From: Octopus sinensis
Lineage: Eukaryota
Direction of reading: 5' to 3'
NCBI RefSeq assembly: GCF_006345805.1
Contig: NC_043009.1
Coordinates: 5,084,001-5,148,000 of the forward strand
Length of the DNA stretch: 64,000 bases
The first letter of the stretch is position 1. Every line of letters starts with the position of its first letter. A program made the translations under genes and the position numbers. Positions 14,401 through 29,215 of the stretch are shown piece by piece. The notes beneath the pieces are model-generated. The model saw only the letters and a list, made by a program, of their open reading frames with translations, had not been told where the DNA came from and did not search any database.

Positions 14401-15145
14401 ATATATATATATATATATATAATATATATACATATATAATATATATATATATATAATAAGTGCGTGTGTGTATGTATGTGTGTACGTACTTATGTGTGTC
14501 TGTCTATATGTAGATAGTAAAATTATCATTTGAAAATGTACAAAATATTTTATAAAAAACACAAACAGTTTTCTCTACAAATGTTACAATGTTCATAACA
14601 CAGCTGCAAAACAAATTAGTGTAAAAGTAATATTTGGTGTTCATGTTAGTGTTGTTCTCGCTGGATGTTCTGCTAACTCTATTCTGTTTATTGTGATGAA
14701 GACAATGTATGTTATGTGTTGTTGTTTTTTTATGCGGTTTCGGTATTATCAAATAACTAGTATTAGTTATTTGATAAAGAAATAAAAGAAAGATAACCGT
14801 AAAAAAAAATATGTTGTAAAAATATTATAAAGAGAATGTTACTGAGTGAAAGAATGCGGAAAGGGAAGACAAAAATTGATTTTTATTCACGCTAGCTTGG
14901 TTTTAGTCTGAGAGTGGCGCCATTTTGTTTTCTAAGAACTCTAAAATGCGATCTAAAATTTGGCAAAACTAGGTTAGAAATATTAAACGCCAGAACGTTC
15001 GCGATTATCTGAATCATATATACTACATGTTTGTGTTTGGAGTAGCGTACTTATGTATGTATTAGTGCAAAAAAACCGCAAAATATGCTAATTGTTGTAA
15101 GTTAATTAAGTAGAGGCGTAACATTCACCTTTGTTTCACAACACA

Positions 15146-15146
<1 letters not shown>

Positions 15147-15195
<49 letters not shown>

Positions 15196-15273
15196 TTTAT
15201 TATTATGATTATTACTATTATTATTACTATTATTATTATTATTATTATCATTATTATTATTAATAATATTATT

Positions 15274-15309
<36 letters not shown>

Positions 15310-15508
15310 TATTATTATTATTGCTATTATTATTATTATTATCATTATTATTATTATTATTATTCTTATCATTATCATTATCATTATTACTATTATTATT
15401 GTTATTATTATTATTATCATTATTATTATTATTATTATTATTCTTATCATTATCATTATCATTATTACTATTATTATTATTATTATTGTTATTGTCATTA
15501 TTATTATT
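15147..15508. repeat. (TTA)n tract with a duplicated higher-order unit
   Basis: The unit attcttatcattatcattatcattattactattatt occurs twice (~15360 and ~15440). Confidence 0.95.
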
Positions 15509-16752
15509 AGTTCTATATTCTAATACAATTATATACATTATTTTTTTTGTTCGTAATAATATTCCAAGCTTGCATAAAAATACTATGTTGGTTCGGATTA
15601 AAAGTGAAAGTGCGAATTTGTAGTGAATAGAAACGCGTTGAAGTGTAAATTTAATTAGATCACGAATACATGCTTCCACACATTCAGTGCTTCGAGGTTG
15701 TCCCTTTCATTTTACATGGAGTTGTTCTACTTCCCCCCATTTTATTTCTGGTGCGTTGTTATTTTTTTTTTTATTGTCACTTGTTTATTGCTGATTTATT
15801 AAATTCATAGTTTCGTTTCTTTAATCTTTTTTTTTTCTTTTCGTTTTATACTTCTTAAACATGCCGGTAATGATGATGAAGATAATGATATACGTTGTAA
15901 CGTGAATGCGCATGCCTTTCATTATAACGCTGCTGCTGCTGCTGGTACAAGTCATGATGATGATGATGATAGTGACAGAGGTGGTGGTGGTGTTGATGAT
16001 GATGATGATGATGATGATGGTGATGATAACGATGGTGATGATGATAATGATGATGTTGGTGATGATGATGAAGATGATATATAACTCTTTGTTGTAATTT
16101 AGTTTCGGTATGCCATTTTCTTTTTGTCTCTTAATATTTTTTTGAGCGCTTTGCTCCTTCTACACTTCAATAACAGGTGAATGCGTTGTTAGGCTGCGAT
16201 ATAATGATGCCTTTGCTGGGGATTGCAAATGATTAATTGCGATATTGAACTAATAGTACTTCAAGGGTGATATATAACGAGCGGGAGAGAAAGTTAATAC
16301 AGGCTAATTTACAATGGAAATGCAAGAAGTTTATGAAAAGACAGAGAAAAAAAAAAAAAAATAATAATAAATATATAAATGAATGAAATCCAATTAACTT
16401 GAAATCAAACAATTGATAAAGAACTAAATAGTTGCGTGAACTGAAATCATATACGAAGTAAAAACAGAACAACAGAACACAAATATTTCTATATTTCTAA
16501 CCGTCCTTAATCTTAGAGATTGCTGTGTTCATTGTTAAGTTCTTGAACTTAAACTCTATGTATCTTTTTTTTTAGATGAAAGCTAACTCCGTAGGAAGAT
16601 AATGAATGTTAATTAAATGCATTTATCGGTTCAATTCACAACATTTAATTAAGTCTTAATAATGGCATTATATATATATATCTATCAAGAAGTATCATAT
16701 GCATATGATATGTGTCTGTGTATACACATATATATATATATATATATAAATA

Positions 16753-16830
<78 letters not shown>

Positions 16831-17994
16831 TATAATTTTACAAATATATATGAATTGTGTGTCTGTGTGGAGAAAGCTACGCGTTTATCGGTACCTACAT
16901 GTATTCATAACATTTGTAAATTCCAGCAAGCAAATATATCAAATTATATTTAAAGCATACATTACTTAACGCAAACATCACCTCGTATAAACGACAATAT
17001 ATTGGGTACAGTGTGTTAATATATTAAATGCTGGTAGTCTACTCTGATGCACTCGAGCGGTGAGCAGAAAACCTTTTAAATAAAGATAACTCACGTAAAT
17101 ACGTACACAAACACACTTGTCTGTACATCTTCGAAACGCGGAGTAGATGAAACAGGGACAACTGATGAAGGGGAATATTCTTTATGTTGCATGTCTCGTT
17201 TCTCTTTGTTTTTTTCGTTGCTGAAAAAAATAATAAGAGTATAATACCAAGATTTATTCAACCGTTAATGCAACTCCCCATAATTGTGCCCTATGTCATA
17301 TTTTCACCTTTGTCTGCTCCCATCTTTAGGTGTGAAACCTTAAAACCATGATATAAATATGAAATTTAATGACGGCTTAGTACATATTTCAATCATTCCT
17401 GTATCATTTTGTGATAAAGGCATGATTTAATTGCACATGAACATGTATGATAACTGTAATTATTTTGGAATTGACTCAAAATCATTACATTTCATTTTGC
17501 ATGATAAAATATTTGTTATGCTGTAAGTGTATGACCTAATAAAATGACCTGTTATATCCTTCGCTTTCGGAACATTGGCTTTTGTTAATCCAGTAACCCT
17601 GCTGATAAATGTCTACAGTGACTGTATCCGCTTATACATTTCTATGTGTATATACATTTTTATTTCTATATTGTGTTACAGCGTGAAGGTCTAATTATCA
17701 ATAATACAAACGTTTTACAACCACCAAATCTCTCTCAACTTTCTGAGGTTATGAACAAGTCTAACATGCATCATTCCTTTGGAATAATGGAATAAAACCA
17801 AAGGATCTATGTGTCCTGTTTATAACTTTTCGAGAGCTACATAATTGTGGTGGAGTGAAATATCTAATGTCGATATATTTAGAATTTGAATTATACATTT
17901 CCATGTATATCGAAAATCCTAGACGAAGAAATAATGTTTTATATTCTTTAACAACAGATTTCCTGGTCCACCAACCAAACTGGTATTCAGTGTA

Positions 17995-18432
17995 TTATAC
18001 TACAATCTCGGACTGATCAACGTCGTATGCCGGAATTGGTCAGACGGATTCTAGGTGGAAGCTCATCGTATTTATGATCTCATGAATTATAGTTTGTTTT
18101 ATTAGAAAACGGAATAGGAATCTGTCACATATTTAATATCTTACATCTTTGATATCTTTCAGTAATTGAACTTCGGCCATGCTGGGGCACCTCCTCGAAG
18201 GGTTTTAGTCGCACAAATCGACACGACCATTTATTTTTAAAACCGAGTACTTCTAACAGTCATTTTCGCCGAACCAGAAATATTAGTTGTCATGCGATGG
18301 TGGTAATTTGGGCAAACAAAAAAACCTACATGTACACACAAAAACGTATGTATAAATACGATGAGCTTCCTTCTAGAATCCGTCAAACCAATTCCAGCAT
18401 GCGACGTTGATCAGTCCGAGATTGTAGTATAA
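17995..18432. repeat. 81-bp inverted duplication, 6 mismatches
   Basis: 17995-18075 versus 18352-18432. Confidence 0.93.
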
Positions 18433-18520
18433 GTCACTTGCCCAAGTTGCCGCAAAATGGGACAACACACGTAGTTACAAAGTGAGCTAGTTAATCACAG
18501 AGAAATACCTGTGATCTTAC
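18160..18520 (-). mobile_element. SINE family B, diverged
   Basis: Tail cggccatgctggggcacc at ~18175; head cacttgcccaag at ~18435. Confidence 0.75.
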
Positions 18521-18555
18521 TCTAAATCTCCCCTTCAGAAATTTATATTCAATAA

Positions 18556-18950
18556 GGCGGCGAGCTGGCAGAACCGTTAACATGACGGGCGAAAAGCTTA
18601 GCGCTATTTCGTCTGTATTTACGATCTGATTTCAAATTCCGCCGAGGTCGACTTTGCCTTTCATCCTTTCGGGGTCGATAAAATGAGTACCAATTACACA
18701 CTGGGGTCGATGTAATCGACTTAATCCCTTTGTCTGTCCTTGTTTGTCTTCTCTGTGTTTAGCCCCTTGTGGTTAGTAAATAAATAGGTATTTCGTCTGT
18801 CTTTACGATCTGAGTTCAAATTCCGCTGAGGTCGACTTTGCCTTCCATCCTTTCGAGGTCGGTAACGTAACTACCAATTGCATTCCATGGTCGATATAAT
18901 CGACTGGCCCCCTCCCTCAAAATTCCTTGTGCTTAGAGTAGAATAGAAAT
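18556..18950 (+). mobile_element. SINE family A with tandemly repeated body
   Basis: Head, body and tail 1, then a restart at ggtatttcgtc (~18787), a second body and tail 2. Confidence 0.9.
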
Positions 18951-18983
18951 TTATAAGTATATTTGTGTATTTGTGTATTTACA

Positions 18984-19140
18984 AGGCGGCTATCTGGCAG
19001 AGTCTTCAGCACACCGGGCAAAATGCTTAGCAGTGTTTCGTCCGTCATTACGTGCTCAGTCGACTTTGCCTTTCATCCCTTTCTCTGGGGTCAACGTACT
19101 CGACGTGCTCTTCCTCCGAAATTACTGGCTTTGTGACAAC
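18984..19140 (+). mobile_element. SINE family A, diverged and internally deleted
   Basis: aggcggctatctggcagagtcttcagcacaccgggcaaaatgcttagc...gtcgactttgcctttcatcc. Confidence 0.75.
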
Positions 19141-19399
19141 ATTTCCAAAAATATATTTTTAGTTTACACTGTTTCAAAGAAGTTGGTCAAACACATTCAA
19201 AGAAAGTCAAGAGTTTCGACATTCACTTATCATTATTTCCTTGTAATAGGACCGATAAATATATTTGTATTCGTTAAAGTTTTTTAGCGGTACAGGCAAA
19301 GACAGCTATGATGAGGTATAACCCACACATGAAAATTCTAGCCTTCGACAAAATATTGTCTAAGTAAGGTAGGAAATCTATTCAGGAATAGGAACCGGT

Positions 19400-19800
19400 T
19401 GAATTTAATAACAGAAAAATGTGGACGCTCTTTTTGCAAGGCGCTGGGTCACTACAAGTTACATCTTTGTGTAGGAATAATATAAAAAATTAAAAATCGA
19501 ATGCTTACTTGGCATGACTGTTTAGCTGATATTATTTTACATAGGGTTAATTGATGTTCAATAAACTTAACACTCCGCGACGTTTGGTACATCAGAATTA
19601 CAGCCCATTCGCATTGACCTCTAACTCATAGATTTACTTAGAACAGTGTGACACAGGGCAAGAAAATTCAATATCCCAAGTAGTTTGGGAACAACCACAA
19701 TAAAGAAGATATCCAATTATAAATGCCTATTTTCATAACTCAACCGAAAACTCATCCGATGCCCGTAGATGCAGCCATTTGGACAAAACCTATGACTGCA
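19400..19800 (+). pseudogene. Possible RLE-retrotransposon C-terminal relic
   Basis: KCGRSFCKALGHYKLHLC...RMLTWHD resembles the CCHC finger plus (R)HD motif; downstream similarity is weak. Confidence 0.3.
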
Positions 19801-20560
19801 TCTCAAGAAAATTTAGTATTGTGCTAATTGTAACACTATAACAGATCTCAAGAGTATGCCGTTTCTATGTTGGTGCCTTCCAGTGCGGAAGAAGATCGAC
19901 GGAGCGAGCTATTTAATATATAGTGACATACGACTTCTCCACACTCCACTGATAAATTTATCCTTTTATCTAATCAGGTTGTTGCAACATCAATGCATAT
20001 CATCACTTTCTGCAGAATTTCTGCACACTGAAGTCGCAATCAGTAATTGTTCGGTGATATGAATCAATATACTGTGTTGCGCTTGTTTAACAATATAGCT
20101 CATTTGCTTTAAAGCGCAATAGATTTATTTAACATATTTTATGATATAATAGTTGATATTTTTCGTCGTATTACTCAATAAGACGGAAAGAAATGTCTGA
20201 TTCGGTCGTATACAATTATTAAATTAGCACTGATGTTTCATACGAATAATTTCATCCTATTATTATATTGAAAAGAGAATCTCTATATTATATTCAGATG
20301 CACAGCAACTGAAATAAAAAAACAAAACAGAACATAAATACAGAGTTATGTATATGAATACATACATACATACATACATACATACATACATACATCATAC
20401 ATACATACATACGTACATACATACATGCATATATATATATGTGTGTATGTGTATCAGTTTCTCTCTCGCTCTCTAAATATATATATATATTTAATGTGTC
20501 TTCTATATATTATATATATATATAATATATATATATATTATAATATATATATATATATAG

Positions 20561-20591
<31 letters not shown>

Positions 20592-20605
20592 TGTATGTAT
20601 GTATG

Positions 20606-20659
<54 letters not shown>

Positions 20660-21591
20660 TATATATATATATATATACAGATATACATGCATACAAGTGT
20701 GTGGGTTGTTTAAGTGCTGATAGATGTTTAAATATTTTGGAGTAAAATACAATGCACAATAATTAATATTAAATACCTGTTGTACTGCGTATAATTGCAT
20801 GGGCCATCGTAAGTTCTGTAGAATGAGACAAAAGAAGATGCCGTTTTCCAAAAGGAATAACGGAATATAGTTAAGATTTCTATAGTAGAAGAAAAATACA
20901 AAAACAAGTTCAGTGAGTCACGCTTCAAAGTGCTCAACTTCTCATAGAATTCATTATTGTATATCACGTAATAAATATAATGTAACTTTTCTATATGCGA
21001 ACATGATTTTGCTATGAGAGTGTACTGCCTTGTAACTTATGAGTACATAACTATTAGGACTGTATGCATGAATTTATACGTTTTAATATACTATTAACAA
21101 CATATTCTGTTGGGTAATAAAATAAATGGTTATATTGTGCAATTCAGAACTTAAATTCTCCGAAAAACAATCAGCATTTAATACTATGAGTGTCTTTTCG
21201 TTTTACTCGTAATATTTGAAATGCATTTGGAGTTTGACTAACCCAGAGGGTATAGACAGTGCAAGAAATCATAACAGATTGTTTATAAAGATGCAATATA
21301 CGATAACAAGTAATACTTACTAATTAACATCAACCGTGATTTAATTTAAATGAGGTCGTCTCTATGAACACGATCTTTACTACTATCAAGAATTCAAAAA
21401 AATAATATTATTGCGCCTTAAACTTGATAAGCCTCTGACTGTTTGCCAATATATTCTGCTTATTAAACTTGCGCTACGTAACTATTGATATTAATAAATG
21501 TTGTTAATGAAATGCATGTGAGCTGTAACAAAATAATATATAATATATATAAATATATGTATGTATGTTGTATGTATGTATGTATGTATAT

Positions 21592-21795
<204 letters not shown>

Positions 21796-24700
21796 CATGC
21801 ATACATACATATATTTTTTATGATCCCTGATTTAGAATGATCATTCGTTGCATAGACGAAATATATTAAGTCAAACCTAATTCTACGAATAGATACAATT
21901 GCATTGTATCAGACAAAATATAAATTACTGTATAATTCCATAAATTCTAATACCGTATTTTATAATTTTGATATTAAGTTAAATGACTCTTTCTTGCACT
22001 AAATAACTCAAATGGGATCATCAGACACTTTGGTTAAGAATATCTTTATGATTTTGGTATCAATGCAGTCACCGAAAGATGTGATTAGCGATTATAGCGA
22101 TCCGTAATGGCGATGGGAAAAGCTATATCAGTTACTGACATGAGTTTTATACACGATAGACCAGTGTATATTATTGTTACTAATTTTATCTCTTGCTTAG
22201 CTATAATAATGAAAGCAAATAAAAACCTTTTATGTATTTATTTCCCGCCTGATTTGTAGCTTATTTTATTAAACTCTAAAACCCTAATTACCATATTTAA
22301 ATATTTCTTTCAAGGAAATATACAGTTTCCAACTTTCATCTTAAATGTTTTCAAGAATTATCCTGCTGTATTGCATTGATACATTTAGAATTATAATAAT
22401 CTCTAAACAGCACAAGAACACATTATCTGTCTTCGAAAAGGAAAATACGAAAAATTATTCTTCCCTCATATTCTAGTATTTGTCGCCGTATCTTTAATTT
22501 CTATTTCTCATGATTTTTAAATGCATTAACAGATTTCACTCAAGACTGCCAGGCTAGCATAATCAAATTCTTTCCAACAGTTAACTTAATTTGTGTTAGA
22601 CACTTTATTAAAAAGCTATTTTTTAATTCAAATTTTCTGTTAGTTAACAGGCAACATAATTTGCAAAACATCAATTTAAACGGTTCTTCAATATCTATTC
22701 GAAAACAGAAGCAGAAATACATATACGCTTGCTTGTAATTATCTGCTCTATGTAGGAAACGTTTCATAACTGAAAAAAAAATCCAAATTCTTTTTTTCGA
22801 TTGTAGTTAAAAATAAAACGAAATAGAAATGAATATTTACAAGCACCTAGTATATAACTATACAGAAGTTATGTATAAGAAATAAATTTATTATAGCTTG
22901 ATTCACCTAAAGTTGACGACGCGAATGAATTGTGTAAGTCAAGTGGAGAAAATTCGAAAGTGTCAACCCGACCTTTCAGTGATATTGTGACTCACTTTCT
23001 TTGCATTATGAAATGTCTAACGCTTACAACAATTGCACAGTGTGCAGTCGTTGTAAAGGGATGTTTTGGTGTATGCTTAGGTGTGGCGTTTTGATATTTG
23101 TCTCATCTCATTTAAGTGTGGGATTTCAATGTATTTGTAATTGATATCCGACAAATTTGTGTAAAATCACTTAAGGCAAATAACAGTATCAATTGATCGT
23201 ATTGAAATTATTCTTGCTGAATAAATGCGAGTTAAGAGAAGAGGAAGAAAAGGTGAAAACGCCAGGGAAAAAGTGGTATAAATACTATCAGAGTGGAAGG
23301 GGAGAGCGAAATGTTACCTGAAGAGAAAGTGTGAAGAAATGGCGTATTAATATGAAATTTGTCTTCGAACCACGATCAGATTTACGTTAACAAGTGGTCA
23401 AACCTTTGTATTGAAGATTTTATGACCTTCTAAACAGCTGTCATAATGCAAACCGCTCTCATTTAAATATGGTTCGCTTCCTAAACACTTATCTTCATAA
23501 TTCCGATTGGTAAAATATCCCTGATGGCGATCAGTAACACATCATCAACAGTCTTCTTGAAAATGTTACCATTCTTTAGAGATCACTTGTTCTGTGCGTA
23601 GGTTCTGCGTACAATTCTCATTGCTGTACTTTAGGCTATAATAGAAGTACTACAACTTGACGTATTCGCTCGACCTATCCACGAATACAATATACTTTTA
23701 AAAGAAAATGTTCACTTAGTGTTTCACAATCCACATTTTACTTAGTGGATTACAAATACATACACACATTCATATATGCACATATAATTACATGAACACA
23801 CATACACACACACACACCATACACAGACAGCCACACACTGGCACACACGCGCATACACACAAACTTGTAAATATATATGTATTGATTTTAAGCGCCATAA
23901 TTTAACATTTTCCTTCTGTAGAACAATCTGAAAAATAATTTTCTATTGTCTTTCTTAAATACATTATTATTTCTGTGATATATAAACTGACTGTTCCATC
24001 CCTTTGTCTGTGTGCGAACGATTTATTGAAATGAATATTAAAAAAATAGTTATATATTGATTAGCTAAAGCCGTAGTTCTTTTAGTTGAACATCAACCTA
24101 CGGAGAAAGTAATCACTAATACATGAAGCTATCACTCTAAATGTGACTTTTGATAAACATACTGTATTTACTTTATGAGTTGTATTTCAGGACCCTTCAA
24201 CTAATATTTTAAATTCTCATACATTTTAGCATCTACAACAATTTTTGTCATTGTTCGCTGACGTTGATAAATTGTACTGCTTTGTTGCATCGCTTTGTAC
24301 ATATTGTACGGGTCTGGCATGGATTTAACATTATTGTCCTCCTTGCAGCAAACACTCATATATTTCACACACAACATATAAACGAATCGTTCGATTTATG
24401 TTCCAACGCTATGCAGTATGAATAATACGTATGTAACTTGTTTCAGCAAGTAATAGTCTTTGCTTCACACAGAGTCGCAGGCGAATAATTAGAGAACGAA
24501 GCCAGGCACTGCTGCGGGGGGACGGGATGCATTTTTACTATATTGCTTTACTTCCCGTAAAGTACTTCGGAATAAGTGTATGACCAGAGAGATGTTCTCT
24601 GTATGAGAAAAAACCCACGTTCATAAAGCAACACATCCCCAAATACCATTCACAAAATCTCACGTTTTATGAAGTACGGTGTTGTTTGATATTAATATGA

Positions 24701-25184
24701 TCTGGCTACGGTCTGCATGTATCACAAATGCCAAGTACGCTTTCCACACAAAGCGTGAATTCAAACATCATTCTGACCCCCCGTTAATATACACCAAAAG
24801 AAATTGATTACAAACAGCAGGAGAAAGATTCTCTTAATAATATTATATATGCTACGCGTGAAATACACACGATATGTAAGCAGCTCGCGTTAGCGATTCT
24901 CACCAAAATAATCCCCAGTGGTGTGAAAAAAATAAAGCAAAACATGACTACTTGAAGTGGAAGAATCCTCCTTAAATTATTTTACAAACACATTGATTCT
25001 TATCCAGTCCCATTGTGTTACACTTTGGGTAAGGGTTTTTACTGTATCCACGGAACAATAAATGACTTGCGCAGTAATTTAATTGCCGCAAAACAACATG
25101 GGAACTTTGTATATAATCCTTAAAAATATTTCAGCCCGAATGCTGCGGAAATGCTGAGGCACCACCGTTGGCTGTGCTCCGCTA

Positions 25185-25545
25185 GCATGTGAAACGACCT
25201 CTGATACTTGGCACTTGGTCAACAAGGGTGTTCGACGCCGCTACCCGCATCTGTGTTTCCTGCTGAGATGTAGGTTCATCTGAAACCCCTGACAAGAAGA
25301 GATCGTGTTTAGTTTTAAAGAAACCTACATCTACACCATGCAGGTCTCTCAGGCATTAGGAAAGATCTTGAAGAGCTGTAGTCCTCTGAAACCAAAGCTG
25401 TTGCCGTATCTTGTTTTGTATTTTGATGGTGATGTCGGGATAGTTGGCACCACGCAGTGGCGCCTCGTTCTTCTTTTGGGGTAACTTTCAATGCCAAAAT
25501 TTGGAACAAGGCCCTCAAAGATTCACCAGATGTATATCACCGTGT
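25185..25545 (-). mobile_element. 3' end of a CR1/L2-group LINE ORF2
   Basis: Minus translation YIW*IFEGLVPNFGIESY...RHCVVP...NSFGFRGLQLF / LRDLHGVDVGFFK.KLD..L..V.DEP, a typical ORF2 C-terminus. Clade assignment is approximate. Confidence 0.75.
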
Positions 25546-26296
25546 ACTGTTTTGTTTGTGACTTCGTCTCGACGATTCAGAACTAGATTAAATGCGTATC
25601 AGACATTAAAATAAATCGGTCTTTTAGAGTAAAACAGTTAAAGTTGTATCCCAATATGTCTTCAGTCCAATGACAAGTAAAGTATGAAGTGCAGCCGATA
25701 ATTTCAGACAAGCTTTTGTTATATACACAACAGCGAAGCATAACTTTCTTGTTCTTACCGAAGAAGTAATAGAAGACTCACTAAATAAAATGTTCAATAC
25801 TATGCATTGATTATTCACGAAATATACAATTGTATATCTCTATGACAATCAATGTACAATTTTGAAATATCTCAACTAATAACGTTATGTTACATAATAG
25901 AGTAATAAAAGCAGCGGAATGTGTCATGTATTTTCTGATATTCATGAGAAATTTCCATGAATGTTGTCGCCAATTAGGCCTCATTTGCTATAAATGTATG
26001 AAGACATCATATGAAGTACTTAACATTACGTCGAAATCGGACTTCATTGGTTTGATTCTATATACATGATTTACACATCTATTTGCAGATCCTCCAGACA
26101 GTATGCGTACATTGTGATAATTTAAGATAGATACTCATGTCTGCTAATCAAATAAGTTATTGTAATAAATATGTTAGATGTCTGTATTGAAAAGTGTTGT
26201 AACCAAAGTAGAAAAAATGTTCGTTATTTTTTTTGAAAATTTTCCTGCATTATTTCATTTGAAGGTGAATATATTATTTAATCTGAGCAGTGATAT

Positions 26297-26455
26297 AGGC
26301 GTGGTTGCGTAATAAGAAGCTTGCATCCCAGCCGTGTGGTCTCCATTTCAGTTCCACTGCAACACAACATCGACAGGCGTTTTCCACTATTACCCACAAG
26401 CCGACCAAACTATCACGGGCGGATTTGCTAGACGGAAAAAAAATCAAAGACCACG
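26297..26455 (+). mobile_element. SINE family B head, diverged
   Basis: ggcgtggttgcgtaataagaagcttgc...ggatttgctagacggaaa. Confidence 0.65.
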
Positions 26456-26814
26456 TACACGCACAAACACACATACATTCACACACACGCAAACCCACAC
26501 ACACATAGACACAGACAGATACAGACACATACACACAAACACATACATATAACTTAATGTGAGTAAAAACCAGACTGCGTTGCCTTCCGTAACTTAAGTC
26601 AATAAATGTACAGTAAAGGCATAATCGAAAAACAGACAGTAAAAGTCCCTAATTCCTCATCAGTTATTGACCAGAGGGCACACACACACACACACACACA
26701 CCCATACACACACACACACACACCTACACACACACACATATGTATGTAGGTGTGTCTGTGTATGTGTTTGCAGTGTGTGTATATATTCTTTTATTCTTTT
26801 ATTTGTTTCACCAA

Positions 26815-26975
26815 TATAATTGCGGCCACGCTGGAGCACTGCATTGTTTCGAACAAATCGATCCCATTATTTGTTCTTTGTAAGCTAAGTATAGGGGGCG
26901 TAAAAATACAAAACATCGGTATTATTTATTGTTTGTAAGCTGAGTATAGGGGGCTTAAAAATACCAACATACCTT
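26815..26975 (-). mobile_element. SINE family B tail with internal ~55-bp tandem duplication
   Basis: gcggccacgctggagcac...; ttgtaagct(a/g)agtataggggg occurs twice. Confidence 0.6.
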
Positions 26976-27518
26976 TGGTTAGCTCATCATTTTCAGTCAA
27001 TTGTATTTATTTAAAAAAATGTCGCTTTAAATCCGAGTATAAATATGACATATTAATATGGTACTAAGAGACTTCCATCGTCACCCGTTCTCCGTAACTT
27101 ACATAAACTTCGGGTTTGCTTACAAATATTACCACCATCCCAAACTCATACATGTTCTGCTGTTGCTGTTTTTACAATCCGATGGAAAGAGTTGATACAA
27201 AGTGGTATTATCTAATTGACTGAGAACTTGTTGGTCATACAGCACCATGCGCCATCTTCATGCATAATGAAGATTCGTCTTAATATTTAACACCATTTTG
27301 TAATAGCAATTCTTCTGTTCATGAATGAATGATTTGTAAGTACGGCGTCTTCAGTGACAAACAACACTTATAATGTTCATGACGTTCTAGTTAGATTTTA
27401 GTTAACTAATTCACAGTTCTCTACTTTTCTTCATTTTCTTCTTCTTTTATTTATGTGAGTAAGAATTTCAAATTCTCCATCCCATTGTATTCGTTGACTT
27501 CTTCAATATCAGCTCAGG

Positions 27519-27609
<91 letters not shown>

Positions 27610-27684
27610 ATCTATCTATCTATCTATCTTCTCTCTCTCTCCTCTCTCTCTCTCTCTATATATATATATTATATATATATATAT

Positions 27685-29022
27685 AAATGTGTGTAGCTAT
27701 GTTCAGTTCTAATAAATTTTTACTCCCTATTTTGGTAGAACACAGTTTTATTGTACTTTAAAAAGGCTAGTAATGACAGCGACGACGTCCTCATCGGACT
27801 GTACATATATATATGATTAATATATGTTTAATGTAATAGTAGTTTATTCACTATTTGGTAGATTTTAACCAATATCTTCACAATTATGCTGACCAAAGAT
27901 TTGTAAAATATTTACTATCAGAATAATATATGTGACACCGCCAAGAAGTTTAAGCTGAGTTGCATTATTAAGCACTACGCAGAAACCTGATCGACAAGCA
28001 GAAATCTGTAAGGAACTATGCCCTTAAAACTGTGGGAGGTCACGAATGTATTGTCTCTGATTCTAGGGCTGGTTGGTCAGTGTTCATCTGGTTCAAATCA
28101 ATACCAGTAAAAATATAAAGCAAAGATGTGTATTTAAAGAAACCCATCACGTGCACGAATATTGTTGAAAGAACGTCGTACATTGCATCGTTATATAAGA
28201 ACAATTTTTTTTATATAATTTATTTGAATATCAAATCCGTAGCATGTCAATGTTTGTATAGCTCTGAAGCATCTAAGAGAAGTTAGATAATACATATTAC
28301 AAGGGCATTCCCATGCCACAGTCGCGAATTATTAATATGTAATACGTTTCAGTTGACGTGAAGCCTGGCTAGCGTACCTGGAATTTCGCCTAGTTGTACA
28401 GATAAAGAATTCTATTGAACAAAGTAGGTTGCATATTTCATTACGAGAAAATGCATTCCGCTACATTGCATTCCTTGTCTTCCATTTGATTTGATGTGCA
28501 TTGATGTGGATATCGTTTCAAATGTTTCCAGATGAAATGCAATGGTCTTACATAAGAATTGATAATCCGGAAATTCTTACATAACATGCACACCTACGAT
28601 GTTTGGATCTTTGTTTTGCTGCAAGTAATAGAGTTTGCACGACTTTCCAAGACTGTCATTCAGTAAGCATGAACGAGATCACTTGAAATGTCCAGGCTAC
28701 AGAGGACAGCCAGAATTATGAACAAAGAGAAACCGTCGACATATCGAACGCTATACATTAGGTTTGATATTTTATACACATGCATGCACACATACGTACA
28801 TACATATACACATACATGCATACATACATACATATATACATACATGTATGTGTGTGTGTTTATATTATTTGTAAGTATATATATATATATGCGTATAAAG
28901 CCACACACACAAAAATATAAATATATTATATATAATATATATATATATAAATGTGTGTTGCTATGTTCAGTTCTAATAAATTTTTACTCCCTATTTTTGT
29001 AGAACACAGTGTTATTGTACTT
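27685..29022. repeat. 74-bp direct repeat pair, 3 mismatches, 1264 bp apart
   Basis: 27685-27758 and 28949-29022; each follows a (TA)n tract. Confidence 0.92.
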
Positions 29023-29074
29023 ATCCCGATGCTTTAGTCAGAGCCGGCATGAAGCTGAAAGTGTATTTCGGGTA

Positions 29075-29215
29075 TTAGATTTGCTTACGAACCACATGGT
29101 TCCGGGTTCCCTCCCACTGTGTAGCACCTTGGGCAAATGTCTTCTACTATAACATCTGGCCGACGAAAGCCTTGTGAGTGGATTTTGTAGACGGAAACTG
29201 AAAGAAGCCCGGTCC
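29075..29215 (+). mobile_element. SINE family B head
   Basis: accacatggttccgggttcc...gcaccttgggcaaatgtcttctactata...gacggaaactgaaagaagccc. Confidence 0.85.

Noticed and set aside
17125-17215. cgaaacgcg followed by ctgatgaagggg
   Set aside because: Order is wrong for type I and no closing stems were found for types II or III.
27070-27400. Tc1-like MHEDGA remnant on the minus strand; similar weak hints at 51780-52050 and 63300-63800
   Set aside because: Single degenerate motifs only; needs an HMM search.
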